DNA of 64,000 bases from an uncultured virus (IMG/VR IMGVR_UViG_3300042477_000445) (lineage: Duplodnaviria; Heunggongvirae; Uroviricota; Caudoviricetes). Below the pieces are notes generated by a model. The model searched no databases and had not been told where the DNA came from. It was given only the letters and a program-made list of their open reading frames with translations. Both the position numbers and the translations under genes were made by a program. The stretch lies in the IMG/VR virus record IMGVR_UViG_3300042477_000445, positions 1 to 64,000 of that record; one strand, given 5' to 3'. Every line of letters starts with the position of its first letter. The first letter of the stretch is position 1. Positions 52,403 to 61,562 of the stretch are shown in pieces.

Positions 52403-52993
52403 ATGAATAAATATGTTTTAACAGAATTTCTTGAACTTGATAACGATTCTTCTCTTCTAACAGAAGACGATAAGAGAATGATTGAAGCTGGCGATGTTAT
52501 TCTTGCTGGCCGTTTACAAAAAGCAGATGCTAAGAACGGCAACGGCAGAGTTTATCCAAAGAGAACTCTCCAAAGAGAAGTGGAAAACTATAAAAAGCTT
52601 GTTCAAGAAAAAAGAGCATTAGGCGAATTAGACCACCCAGATTCTTCTGTTATTGAATTAAAGAATGCTTCTCACATTGTAACACACATTGAGATGAAAG
52701 GCGATGAAGTTGTTGGCAAACTAAGACTATTAGATACTCCAGCAGGTAGAATCGCTAAAGATCTTATTAAAGGTGGAGTCAAACTTGGTGTCTCTTCTCG
52801 CGGTCTTGGATCAACAAAAGAACAAAGCGGAGTTACGATGGTACAAGACGACTTCCAATTAATATGCTTTGACCTTGTTTCAGAACCATCCACAACTGGT
52901 GCTTTCTTATTTAAAGAGCACAAAGAACCAAATATCTTTACAAAATCCGATAAGATTTATAGAGCAATAAACGACATTCTTATTGGAGAGTGA
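52403..52993 (+). CDS. Prohead core protease (T4 gp21-like)
   Basis: NGNGRVYP, ALGELDHP, NASH, TPAG, GVSSRGLGS, FDLVSEPST. Confidence 0.95.
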   Translation: MNKYVLTEFLELDNDSSLLTEDDKRMIEAGDVILAGRLQKADAKNGNGRVYPKRTLQREVENYKKLVQEKRALGELDHPDSSVIELKNASHIVTHIEMKGDEVVGKLRLLDTPAGRIAKDLIKGGVKLGVSSRGLGSTKEQSGVTMVQDDFQLICFDLVSEPSTTGAFLFKEHKEPNIFTKSDKIYRAINDILIGE

Positions 52994-53847
52994 TAATGCT
53001 GAATGAAGCAATATTACAGAAAGAACTTTACAAGGAGTTAGAACAATTTTTAGCAAGTTCTAATTTCCTAGACGAAGATAATGAATTTACTGATTCTGTG
53101 AGAGTTGCTGGTTATGGAGAGATTGAACAAACAGAAAGTGCTACTGCATTATCAAAAGCATTAAAAACATTCTTCAAAACCAAAAAAGTTCCTTTATCTG
53201 TTGTTGTATCTACGATAAATCCATCAGATGTTAAAATGGAACCATCCTCACAGACTAACGAACATCCAAATAATTATTTAATCGCTGCCGAAGCAGGATT
53301 AGATCAAAAAGGTAAGATGCAGTTGATACTTCATACTGCGGAAACCTCTGAAGATTTTAATCCGAGCTTAATGAATAAAGATAAAATTATTCACAGCATA
53401 GCAACAGCAATTAGGCACGAACTAATACACGATAGGCAATACACTGGGTTGTCTAAGAAAATGGGTATTACAAGACCAGAGGCAAAACAAAAATACGAAG
53501 ACTGGGGACAAATACCAGGAGCAGATACAGATAGAAAACAATACTTAGGAGCAGACATCGAACTAGATGCTTTTGGTCATGAGTTTGCTGAATTGCTTGC
53601 TCGCAATTTTGGCATAGATAAAGCGATGGAATTGGTCGCCACATCAGATTCTACAGAACTACAAAAAGTAGCAAAAGATATAGATTTTGGCGATAATCTT
53701 AGAGAATATTATATAGACCATCCACAAGAAAGATTTACAGGCAAATTACAAAAGAAAATAAGAAAATATTTAAAGCATTTTAAAGATCAACAGATTTATG
53801 AAAACTATTTATATAGTGTTTTGAGAAAAAATTTATTAGAAGGTTAA
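52990..53847 (+). CDS. HExxH-containing protein, putative zinc metalloprotease
   Basis: IRHELIHDRQY followed by Y----IELDAF. Confidence 0.55.
   Translation: MIMLNEAILQKELYKELEQFLASSNFLDEDNEFTDSVRVAGYGEIEQTESATALSKALKTFFKTKKVPLSVVVSTINPSDVKMEPSSQTNEHPNNYLIAAEAGLDQKGKMQLILHTAETSEDFNPSLMNKDKIIHSIATAIRHELIHDRQYTGLSKKMGITRPEAKQKYEDWGQIPGADTDRKQYLGADIELDAFGHEFAELLARNFGIDKAMELVATSDSTELQKVAKDIDFGDNLREYYIDHPQERFTGKLQKKIRKYLKHFKDQQIYENYLYSVLRKNLLEG
53804..53811 (+). promoter_or_regulatory. Putative late promoter motif ACTATTTA
   Basis: At the end of the preceding CDS, 37 nt before ATG 53849. Confidence 0.5.
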
Positions 53848-53848
53848 T

Positions 53849-54223
53849 ATGACAAAAAGTGAAATGAAAAAAATTATGAAACCACTTGTAAAAGAATGTC
53901 TCCAAGAGATGCTTTTAGAAGAAGGTTTATTATCAAATCTTATTAGTGAAGTAAATAAAGGTAATAAAACTACCTTCTCTGAATCTTCTAGAAGAGATCC
54001 AACTCCTCTAAGACCAAGAGAGCAAGTTAAACCACAAGCAAAACCACAAATAAACGAAGTTAGAAGAAAATTAGCAGACTCCATAGGAAATGGAGCATAT
54101 GCGAATGTCTTCGAAGGAATCGAACCAGCACCAAGTCCAAGTAATCTTGGAGGAGATAATGGAGATCCAGGACTGGATTTATCAGTCCTTAGTAACATCC
54201 CTGGATTAAAGGGATTTAAATGA
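53849..54223 (+). CDS. Hypothetical head-module protein
   Basis: LVKECLQEMLLEEGLLSNLISEV N-terminus. Confidence 0.7.
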   Translation: MTKSEMKKIMKPLVKECLQEMLLEEGLLSNLISEVNKGNKTTFSESSRRDPTPLRPREQVKPQAKPQINEVRRKLADSIGNGAYANVFEGIEPAPSPSNLGGDNGDPGLDLSVLSNIPGLKGFK

Positions 54224-54229
54224 GGCGTT

Positions 54230-54472
54230 ATGGCAAACAAGAGAGTTAATGTCGAAGTTAAACTAAGACTAGGCGAACATCAAGATAAAATGATCAAAAG
54301 ATTTCTTAATAAAGTTAAGAAAGAAAAGATTGTTGAAGAGTTACAAAATAGAAGATATTATGAAACTCCAACAGCAAAAAGATCAAGATTGAAGAATCGT
54401 AGAAAGAAAGTACTTGCTAAACTTCGTAGAGAAAGAGAAGCAATCGACAGACCAAAAGAAAAGAAAGATTAA
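54230..54472 (+). CDS. rpsU: Phage-encoded ribosomal protein bS21
   Basis: V-V...E--DKMIKRF--KVKK--I--E---RRYYETPTAKR, basic C-terminus. Confidence 0.85.
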   Translation: MANKRVNVEVKLRLGEHQDKMIKRFLNKVKKEKIVEELQNRRYYETPTAKRSRLKNRRKKVLAKLRREREAIDRPKEKKD

Positions 54473-54480
54473 ACTATTTA
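54473..54480 (+). promoter_or_regulatory. Putative late promoter motif ACTATTTA
   Basis: Intergenic, before AGGAG and ATG 54503. Confidence 0.65.
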
Positions 54481-54502
54481 TTGGAAACTAGGAGATTAAA
54501 AT

Positions 54503-54931
54503 ATGTCAAATATACAGTGGCCTTATGCTGGGCTTGGAAATGCCCCGTCTTATCAAGTAAGTGGTATTCCATTTGCAACAAGCAGTAATGCAATTCCTGC
54601 TCTTGGCACAGCTCCTTTGCAAATTAGCTTTCCTTATGTAACAAAGAATGTAACAATTCACCTTTTAAATAAAAATAAAAAATTAAGAGTAGGTTTTAGT
54701 CAAAACGGAGTTACTGGTTCTGGAACAAATTATTTTGTAATTGACAGCAATTCTCCTTCTGATCCAATAGTGACTTTTGATGTAAAGTGTTCCTCTGTTT
54801 TTTTATTGAGTGATAGTGCAGACATTTTAACAGGTTCTGTTTATGCAGCATTAACTGGAATACAAACATCCGAGTTACAAGCATCTGGACCAAATGGAGC
54901 AAATTGGTCTGGTTCGTTGGGAGTTGGATAG
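54503..54931 (+). CDS. Probable virion (head decoration-like) protein
   Basis: GLGNAPSYQVSGIPF, beta-rich, Ser/Gly-rich; own promoter motif. Confidence 0.55.
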   Translation: MSNIQWPYAGLGNAPSYQVSGIPFATSSNAIPALGTAPLQISFPYVTKNVTIHLLNKNKKLRVGFSQNGVTGSGTNYFVIDSNSPSDPIVTFDVKCSSVFLLSDSADILTGSVYAALTGIQTSELQASGPNGANWSGSLGVG

Positions 54932-54937
54932 TATAAT

Positions 54938-54945
54938 ACTATTTA
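54938..54945 (+). promoter_or_regulatory. Putative late promoter motif ACTATTTA for scaffold and MCP
   Basis: Intergenic, before GGAG and ATG 54971. Confidence 0.65.
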
Positions 54946-54970
54946 TTATACAATAAGTGGAGAAACATAT

Positions 54971-56779
54971 ATGAGTTCAATGTTAGAGCAAGCAATTCTA
55001 GATGCTAAAGAATTAAAAGAAGCAGCAATTAAAAACGCCCAACAGTCCATTATCGAGAAATACTCTAATGAATTTGAAGGTGAGATAGAAAAACTACTAG
55101 AACAAGCCGCTGCTCCAGCTGATCCCGCTGCGGCTGCTCCCGCTGCTGATCCAATGGCCGGTCTTGGTGCTGCTCCTGCGGCTGCTCCTATGCCCGGTAT
55201 GACCATGCCAGGATCTGCTCCTGTTGATCCAGAAAAAGCAAAGTCAGACTCAGATAATAAATCTTCAATGTTTGATAAACTAAATTATGCTTTTAAAGAC
55301 GGAGAAGTAATTGAAGATAAAATTTTCCCAACAGGACTTGTTGAGGTAGATTTAGATTCTTTGTCAGAATTTAGTTTTGAAGATAATAAAAAAACACCAG
55401 AACAAATGGCGTTACAAGAACTTAAAAACCTTTCTCTTAGAGAGCAGATTGAAGAAGAAATGAATGATGACGATGATTATGATTTCGATTCAGATTCTTT
55501 TCCATATGAAGACTCAGAAGAAGAAGATGATGAGAATGAAGAAGAATCAGAAGAAGACGAAGAACTAGACGACGAAGAATTCGAAGATGAAGACGAATTA
55601 GAAATGGACGATGAAGATTTTGAAGATAAAGATATGGAATCCGATTCGGATGAATTAGCAGATTTACAAGATTATAATGATGAAGGTAGTGTTGACCTAG
55701 AAGACGAAGAATCCGATATGGACATTGATATTGAAGACGAAGAGTTTACAGACGACGAAGATATGGAAGATGAAGATCTTTATGGCACAGAAGACGATGT
55801 AGGATTCCACGTTGATTACGATACAGACGAAGAGGATGAAGAATCCGAAGAAGACTATAATCCAGACGCTGACGTAGAAGATTTTGAAGATGAAGAGTCA
55901 GAAGAAGATGTAGACGAAGAAGAAGAGGACTCCGAGGAAGACGAAGAGGACGAAGAATATTATTATGACGACGAAGAGGAAGATTCTGAGGAAGACGAAG
56001 AAGATTCCGAAGAGGACGATGAGGAAGAATCAGAGGACGAGGAAGAAGATTTAGATGAAGCAAGAGATTTAACAGATAAAGAAAAGTCTAAACTTGACGA
56101 TATTATTTCAAGATTAGAGAGAGCCTCTAAGTCTATCGAAAAAGGTAGTGCAAAGAATATGGTTGATGCTTCTGCTCGTCAACTAAAAGATCTACTAGAT
56201 TCTCTTAAGGGTTCGGATAAAGAAGAACTACAAGAAGCTATTAAACTTGATTGGAAGAGATCTGGTCAAAGATCTCCATTCACCGGTATGTTTAAAGAAG
56301 AGGCAGAGCATGATTACATGCTAGAGCAAGTTCAAGCACAAATTGAAGCATTAGAACAAGAAGTCGAAGAACTTCAAGAATCTAATAAAAAACTAAAAAG
56401 TGGTTTAAAAGAGTCAATTAATCTTGTTGAAAATTTAACTGATAAAGTTAAAAAATATGAACAAAAATTGCACGAATCAAGATTATTGAATTATAAGCTA
56501 CTATATACTAATAAGGCGCTATCAGATAGTTCCCTAAATGGACAGCAAAAAAATAAAATTGCTGAATCTATTGACGGTGCCAAGACAGCTGAAGAAGTAA
56601 AATTGCTTTATGAAACATTAAAAAGCACAATGCGGGATGGAACCAGTAGAAGTACACCCAAATCATTGAGCGAGGCAGTTGAAAGACGTTCTTCTTCACT
56701 TTTGCTAAGAGGCTCTCGTGCGGAGCCTAAGAAGCAAGATGATTTTGCTGAACGTATGAAACGGTTAGCAGGTTTATAA
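54971..56779 (+). CDS. Prohead scaffold (T4 gp22-like position) with ~200-aa Asp/Glu tract
   Basis: Directly upstream of MCP; coiled-coil C-terminus ending RMKRLAGL. Confidence 0.8.
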   Translation: MSSMLEQAILDAKELKEAAIKNAQQSIIEKYSNEFEGEIEKLLEQAAAPADPAAAAPAADPMAGLGAAPAAAPMPGMTMPGSAPVDPEKAKSDSDNKSSMFDKLNYAFKDGEVIEDKIFPTGLVEVDLDSLSEFSFEDNKKTPEQMALQELKNLSLREQIEEEMNDDDDYDFDSDSFPYEDSEEEDDENEEESEEDEELDDEEFEDEDELEMDDEDFEDKDMESDSDELADLQDYNDEGSVDLEDEESDMDIDIEDEEFTDDEDMEDEDLYGTEDDVGFHVDYDTDEEDEESEEDYNPDADVEDFEDEESEEDVDEEEEDSEEDEEDEEYYYDDEEEDSEEDEEDSEEDDEEESEDEEEDLDEARDLTDKEKSKLDDIISRLERASKSIEKGSAKNMVDASARQLKDLLDSLKGSDKEELQEAIKLDWKRSGQRSPFTGMFKEEAEHDYMLEQVQAQIEALEQEVEELQESNKKLKSGLKESINLVENLTDKVKKYEQKLHESRLLNYKLLYTNKALSDSSLNGQQKNKIAESIDGAKTAEEVKLLYETLKSTMRDGTSRSTPKSLSEAVERRSSSLLLRGSRAEPKKQDDFAERMKRLAGL

Positions 56780-56810
56780 TTAACTTAACTTTAACAAAGG
56801 AGAAAACACA

Positions 56811-58640
56811 ATGGCAAGTATAGTCGAAAGATTAACAGAAAATATTGTTGAAAGAAATCTCCTTCGTGAAGGCGCTGCCCTCTCAAAGAAATGGGAAAGA
56901 ACAGGTCTTCTAGAAGGAATCGATAGTGAGATGACAAAGACAACCATGTCTCGTCTTCTCGAAAATCAAGCAAAGGAACTACTCCGCGAAGCTTCCACAA
57001 TGTCCGCAGGTGACGTTGAAGGTTTCGCAGCAGTTGCATTCCCAATTGTTAGACGCGTATTCGGTGGTCTAATTGCAAATGAACTCGTTGCAGTTCAACC
57101 AATGAGCCTCCCAAGCGGTCTAATCTTCTTCCTTGATTTTACCTATAGCAATGACACAGGAAACAAAACATTCGCTGGTGCAGTCGGTGGCCAATCTATT
57201 TACGGCGGTAACGTTGTAGCTAGCCAAATCACTGGTGGTGTTAGCTTAACTGGTGTTGATGCAAGTGGCGTACAAAACCTAGAAAAGAGCTTCTACTCTT
57301 TAAATAACGGTTTCTCAAGCGTAACTGGCTCAAGAGTGCTTAATCATTCTTGGAATTATGGCAACGCTGGTAAGGCTGGTGCATCTTCTACGGTTGTTGT
57401 TTACCAAACTTCCAGCTGGACAGACGTTGGTCTATCAACTGCTACAGGTAGTTCATTAACTGGCTCAACAGATGCAGCGTTCGTCGCATACGATCCAGAT
57501 GTTCTTGCAGACACTTCTGCTTTAACATACCAAAAATTAAGACTATTCTTTGATTTGGGAACTTGGAATCAACTAGATAGAAATAATCTAGTAGCAATCA
57601 ACATTACTGGTTCAACAATTTCTGGTTCATTGGTTAGAAGACTAACTAAATTGGGTCCAGTAAGCCAATCTTTAGATGTAGTTGTTAAAACAGATGCTGG
57701 TGCTCCAATTTCAGAAGTTGGTGTTGCCCCATCTATTGCATCAACAACTTTTGCAATTAGGGATACATTAACAACTGGTAATTCTATAGGTTCTGTTCTT
57801 ACCGATCTATATGGTCTAGAAGGCGCTGGATCTGGTTCAACATTGAATGGTCAGGATATTCCTGGGGCTAACTTTACAATTCCAGAGATTGACATCAAAG
57901 TTGATAGCATCGCTGTAACAGCTCAAACCAAGAAACTCAAGGCCAAGTGGTCACCAGAATTAGGTCAAGACCTAAATGCTTACCATAATCTTGACGCCGA
58001 AGTTGAGTTAACAAGCATCCTCTCCGAGCACGTTGCTCTTGAAATCGATCAAGAAATCCTCAACGATCTCGTTAAGGGTGCAACAGCTGGTACTAAGTAC
58101 TGGAGCCGTAGACCAGGTAAGTTTGTCAACCGTGACACAGGTGCAAGCATCACATCAGTTGGTGCCCCACCAGACTTCACAGGTAATGTCAGCATGTGGT
58201 ATGAAACACTCATTGAAACAATCAATGACGTTTCTGCTCAAATCCACAGAAAGACAAGACGTGGTGGTGCAAACTTCCTCGTAACTTCACCAGAAGTTGC
58301 TAACCTCCTAGAGTTCACCTCTGGTTTCCGCGCTGATGTCAGCATGGAAGACCTAAAGGGCGGTTCAGTTGGCGCAGTCAAGGCTGGTAGCCTCAGCAAG
58401 AAGTTTGATCTTTATGTTGATCCATATTTCCCACGCAACCTAATCCTAGTTGGTCGTAGAGGCAAGGCATTCCTCGAAAGCGGTTATGTCTACGCTCCAT
58501 ACGTCCCACTAATGATTACACCAACAATCTTCGGTACAGAAGACTTTGTACCAAGAAAGGGTCTAATGACTCGCTACGCCAAGAAGATGGTTCGTCCAGA
58601 CATGTATGGCCTAGTAGTTTGCCAAGACCTAATTGGTTAA
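56811..58640 (+). CDS. Major capsid protein (T4 gp23-like)
   Basis: KWERTGLLEG, LLENQ, FPIVRRVF, VQPMSLPSGLIF, KLKAKWSPELGQDL-AYH-DAE-EL, EIDQEI, YAPYVPL, TRYA. Confidence 0.97.
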   Translation: MASIVERLTENIVERNLLREGAALSKKWERTGLLEGIDSEMTKTTMSRLLENQAKELLREASTMSAGDVEGFAAVAFPIVRRVFGGLIANELVAVQPMSLPSGLIFFLDFTYSNDTGNKTFAGAVGGQSIYGGNVVASQITGGVSLTGVDASGVQNLEKSFYSLNNGFSSVTGSRVLNHSWNYGNAGKAGASSTVVVYQTSSWTDVGLSTATGSSLTGSTDAAFVAYDPDVLADTSALTYQKLRLFFDLGTWNQLDRNNLVAINITGSTISGSLVRRLTKLGPVSQSLDVVVKTDAGAPISEVGVAPSIASTTFAIRDTLTTGNSIGSVLTDLYGLEGAGSGSTLNGQDIPGANFTIPEIDIKVDSIAVTAQTKKLKAKWSPELGQDLNAYHNLDAEVELTSILSEHVALEIDQEILNDLVKGATAGTKYWSRRPGKFVNRDTGASITSVGAPPDFTGNVSMWYETLIETINDVSAQIHRKTRRGGANFLVTSPEVANLLEFTSGFRADVSMEDLKGGSVGAVKAGSLSKKFDLYVDPYFPRNLILVGRRGKAFLESGYVYAPYVPLMITPTIFGTEDFVPRKGLMTRYAKKMVRPDMYGLVVCQDLIG

Positions 58641-58663
58641 TCAACTAAGGGTTAATTAAGCAG

Positions 58664-58696
58664 AACCCCTGTCAGGGAAACTTGACAGGGGTTTTG
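58664..58696 (+). terminator. Rho-independent terminator after MCP
   Basis: AACCCCTGTCAGG-GAAA-CTTGACAGGGGTT stem with GNRA loop, then T-rich tail. Confidence 0.9.
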
Positions 58697-58708
58697 TGTT
58701 TCTGATAA

Positions 58709-58716
58709 ACTATTTA
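58709..58716 (+). promoter_or_regulatory. Putative late promoter motif ACTATTTA
   Basis: After the terminator, before AAGGAG and ATG 58732. Confidence 0.65.
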
Positions 58717-58731
58717 TCAAAAGGAGAAACT

Positions 58732-60603
58732 ATGAAAAAACTTTTATTATCTTTATTATTGTTGACTGCATGTGGCGACGATTTAGGTTGGGAACACAAA
58801 GAAACAAAACACGATTGTGCTGATGCAGTTGTTGGAGACAGCGGTGTTTGTAATTTATGTCAAGACGTAACGGAGACAAAAGATGAGCAATCTGGAACAG
58901 AAGAAGTTGTTAGCGATGTTGCTGACAGTACCCAAAGTGACGTTCTCGCTGACAGTGGGAGCGATGACGCTGACGTTTCTGTCCCTGATGGCGTTACAGG
59001 AACGGACACAGAAGATACGCAAGATGCACAAGATGTACCAGAAGATGTAACTCAGGACGTTGCTCCACCACCAGAATGTGTTACGGCGACCGATTGTGTC
59101 GTTATAGCTTTGCCTTGTGTGGCACCAGATTGCCAAGAAGGTAAGTGTGTTAAAGTTCCATTTGATACACCATGTTCCGATAATAATGAATGTACGGCAG
59201 GCGATCAATGCCAACTTGGTGTATGTGTTGCTGGTATTCAAATTAATTGTGACGATCTAGAATCTTGCACATTAGATTCTTGCGAGGCAGATAAAGGTTG
59301 CGTACATTTGCCAGTTGATGCAACTTGTGTCGATGGAGATGGTTGCACCGCAGAAGATATTTGCAAAGATGGTAAATGTGTAGGCGGTAAACCATTTAAT
59401 TGCGATGATGGAAATGTTTGCACAGATGATACTTGCGAGACATTTGGTAAGGATGAAATTCATGTTTGTAATCATTTGCCAAATCAAGCGACTTGTACAG
59501 ACAACGATGTTTGCACATTAGATGATGCCTGTGAGGGTGTTGTTTGCAAATCAAAAGCAGTTGCTATTTGTGATGATAATAATGTTTGTACAGACAATAC
59601 TTGCGATCCAGCAAATGGTTGTGTTTATTTAGCAAATGTAGCAACTTGTACCGACAATGACGCTTGTACTGTGAATGATTTATGCTCCGAAACTGTTTGT
59701 AAATCTGGATTAGTATTAAGTTGTGCAGATAATAATGAATGTACAACTGATCTATGCAAGTCAGAATCAGGTTGTTATTTTGAGAATAACACAAATGTTT
59801 GTAGCGATAATAATGTTTGTAGCATTGACGATAAGTGTGAGGCAGGATCATGTATTGCTGGCGCTCAAAAGGTTTGTGATGACGCTAATCTTTGCACCGT
59901 TGATTCATGTGATGCTGTAAATGGATGTGCTTCCGTAAATGCTGTTGATGGTACAAAATGTGCTGAAGGCGTCTGTAAAGACGGCTCTTGTGCTTGTGTA
60001 AGCGGGTTTGGCTGTGCTTTGCCTGCCTTCGTATATACTGGCGATGTGACTGCTGGTATGTTAGGAGGAATGGGTGGTGGTGTCGGTCCAAAGATGGGTT
60101 GCCCTGCTACTGATGTTTTAATCGGTTTAGGTTTTGATTTCAGTAATGGTCAAAAAACAGCCACTAGAACAACTGCCGTTTGTGGTAAAGTTACAATTGA
60201 ACAAAATGGAACTGTCATAACAACTCAAACAACTACACAAAAATCAGGTGGTTCTGGATGTTTTGGTTGGGATCCTTCAACTCCAACTCCGCTTGTAGTT
60301 TGCAAGAGTGGTTGGGCTGTTGTTGGTATTAAAGGCAAAAAACCCGGAGGCACTCTATTCAATTCTGTAAAAGTTGTTTGTGGTAAACTCGATGTTGCTG
60401 GCAAACCAACTGGCGAGACAGAAGTTTTAAATGTAGAAGGAACACTAGGCTCAGGTGTTGATCAAGAAGTATTATGCCCAGAAAAAACAATTGCTCGTTA
60501 TTTTGAGACAAGAGCTGGTTGTGGGCAAGATGCTTTGACTATGTATTGTGCTACTGCAACACCAGATTGTACTGGTCAAGAATTAATTTGTAAGGATTTA
60601 TAA
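58732..60603 (+). CDS. Lipoprotein with acidic linker, ~10 Cys-rich repeats and a three-fold repeated C-terminal (beta-prism/lectin-like) domain
   Basis: MKKLLLSLLLLTAC lipobox; CDDGNVCTDDTC-type repeats (Dictyostelium CTDC/myxobacterial style). Confidence 0.85.
   Translation: MKKLLLSLLLLTACGDDLGWEHKETKHDCADAVVGDSGVCNLCQDVTETKDEQSGTEEVVSDVADSTQSDVLADSGSDDADVSVPDGVTGTDTEDTQDAQDVPEDVTQDVAPPPECVTATDCVVIALPCVAPDCQEGKCVKVPFDTPCSDNNECTAGDQCQLGVCVAGIQINCDDLESCTLDSCEADKGCVHLPVDATCVDGDGCTAEDICKDGKCVGGKPFNCDDGNVCTDDTCETFGKDEIHVCNHLPNQATCTDNDVCTLDDACEGVVCKSKAVAICDDNNVCTDNTCDPANGCVYLANVATCTDNDACTVNDLCSETVCKSGLVLSCADNNECTTDLCKSESGCYFENNTNVCSDNNVCSIDDKCEAGSCIAGAQKVCDDANLCTVDSCDAVNGCASVNAVDGTKCAEGVCKDGSCACVSGFGCALPAFVYTGDVTAGMLGGMGGGVGPKMGCPATDVLIGLGFDFSNGQKTATRTTAVCGKVTIEQNGTVITTQTTTQKSGGSGCFGWDPSTPTPLVVCKSGWAVVGIKGKKPGGTLFNSVKVVCGKLDVAGKPTGETEVLNVEGTLGSGVDQEVLCPEKTIARYFETRAGCGQDALTMYCATATPDCTGQELICKDL
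59173..60000 (+). repeat. Tandem Cys-rich protein repeats (C-x-D-x-x-x-C-T/S-x-D-x-C), alternating two subtypes
   Basis: CSDNNEC, CDDLESC, CVDGDGC, CDDGNVC, CTDNDVC, CDDNNVC, CTDNDAC, CADNNEC, CSDNNVC, CDDANLC. Confidence 0.9.
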
Positions 60604-60605
60604 CA

Positions 60606-61556
60606 ATGAAAAAACTGCTCTTAACTCTCTTTTTATTACTATTATCAAATACTGCCAATGCTTGGGAAGCAACAGTTGGGCTTGGTGGCTATGGTAGGAT
60701 TTTTGACGAAAAGGATCAGTTAGGAGCAGTTTCAAAACATGAAAGTTTAATTCCAGAATTTTCAGGTGGGTTGGCATTGAATGGATCATTTCTGTTTGAT
60801 GCCAGCCCTTCTTTTAGAATTGGTCCAGATTTAATGCTTGGATACGGCTGGTTGTCTGCCCAAGTAAATGAAAGGTTTGGAACAAGTTTGCAAAATCAAA
60901 CTATTATTACCTCTCTAAATGTTCAGTATCAAATTTATGATTTTAGAGTTTCTGTAAAGCCCGGCTTTGTTGTCAATACTCTAACCGCTGGATACACAGA
61001 TAAAATTGACTCTGACACAGGTTTCTCTTCGTCCTTAAGATTTTCAACGGATCTATTTTCATCAGCAAGATTTTTTTTTGAGCCACAGGTTTTATTCTCT
61101 CCCTCTGTAGAATCAAAGAATTCTTTTGTTCCATCGTATAGTTTAACTTTGGGCTTTGAAAAAATCTTTTCGCCAAAGAAGGTTCCTGCTCCCGTTGTGG
61201 AGAAACCAGTAGAAGTAAAGCCAGCAGTGAAAACACCAGAACCAGTTGTTGAACCTATTAAACTTCCAGAACCAGCAACCCCAGTTAAGCAACCAGATCC
61301 ACCAGTTAAAGTTGAGGAAACTAAAGTAGAACCTCAATTAAATGTTGAGTCAAAAGGATACTTGGAAAACATATTAAAGGTTCATAAAGTATTAAAATCA
61401 TCCATTAAAATAATTTATAGTGAAGATAAGATTCTTAAAGAAAAGGCAGAAAAATTAGCAACTTGGTTTGCAGAGCGTGGAGTAAGTAAAGAAGATATTG
61501 TTCTAACAAACACGCTTGAAACAAAAGGCATAAGAATAGAAATTCTCAAAAAGTAG
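60606..61556 (+). CDS. Secreted outer-membrane beta-barrel protein with Pro-rich linker and degenerate OmpA-like C-domain
   Basis: Signal peptide ending ANA, amphipathic beta strands ending YSLTLGF, PAPVVEKPVE...PEP linker, KAEKLATWFAERGVSKEDI...RIEI. Confidence 0.6.
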   Translation: MKKLLLTLFLLLLSNTANAWEATVGLGGYGRIFDEKDQLGAVSKHESLIPEFSGGLALNGSFLFDASPSFRIGPDLMLGYGWLSAQVNERFGTSLQNQTIITSLNVQYQIYDFRVSVKPGFVVNTLTAGYTDKIDSDTGFSSSLRFSTDLFSSARFFFEPQVLFSPSVESKNSFVPSYSLTLGFEKIFSPKKVPAPVVEKPVEVKPAVKTPEPVVEPIKLPEPATPVKQPDPPVKVEETKVEPQLNVESKGYLENILKVHKVLKSSIKIIYSEDKILKEKAEKLATWFAERGVSKEDIVLTNTLETKGIRIEILKK

Positions 61557-61562
61557 GATAAT

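Noticed and set aside
55746..56063. 105-aa minus-strand ORF rich in Leu/Arg/Pro
   Set aside because: Antisense shadow of the GAA/GAC-rich acidic scaffold tract; no RBS
59173..60000. Periodic sequence as a CRISPR-like array
   Set aside because: Repeats are conserved at protein level with degenerate codons; no identical DNA repeats with spacers
58732..61556. Direct traA/traB gene assignment
   Set aside because: No PA14-like domain, MYXO-CTERM or TSP3 repeats seen; kept only as an architectural analogy
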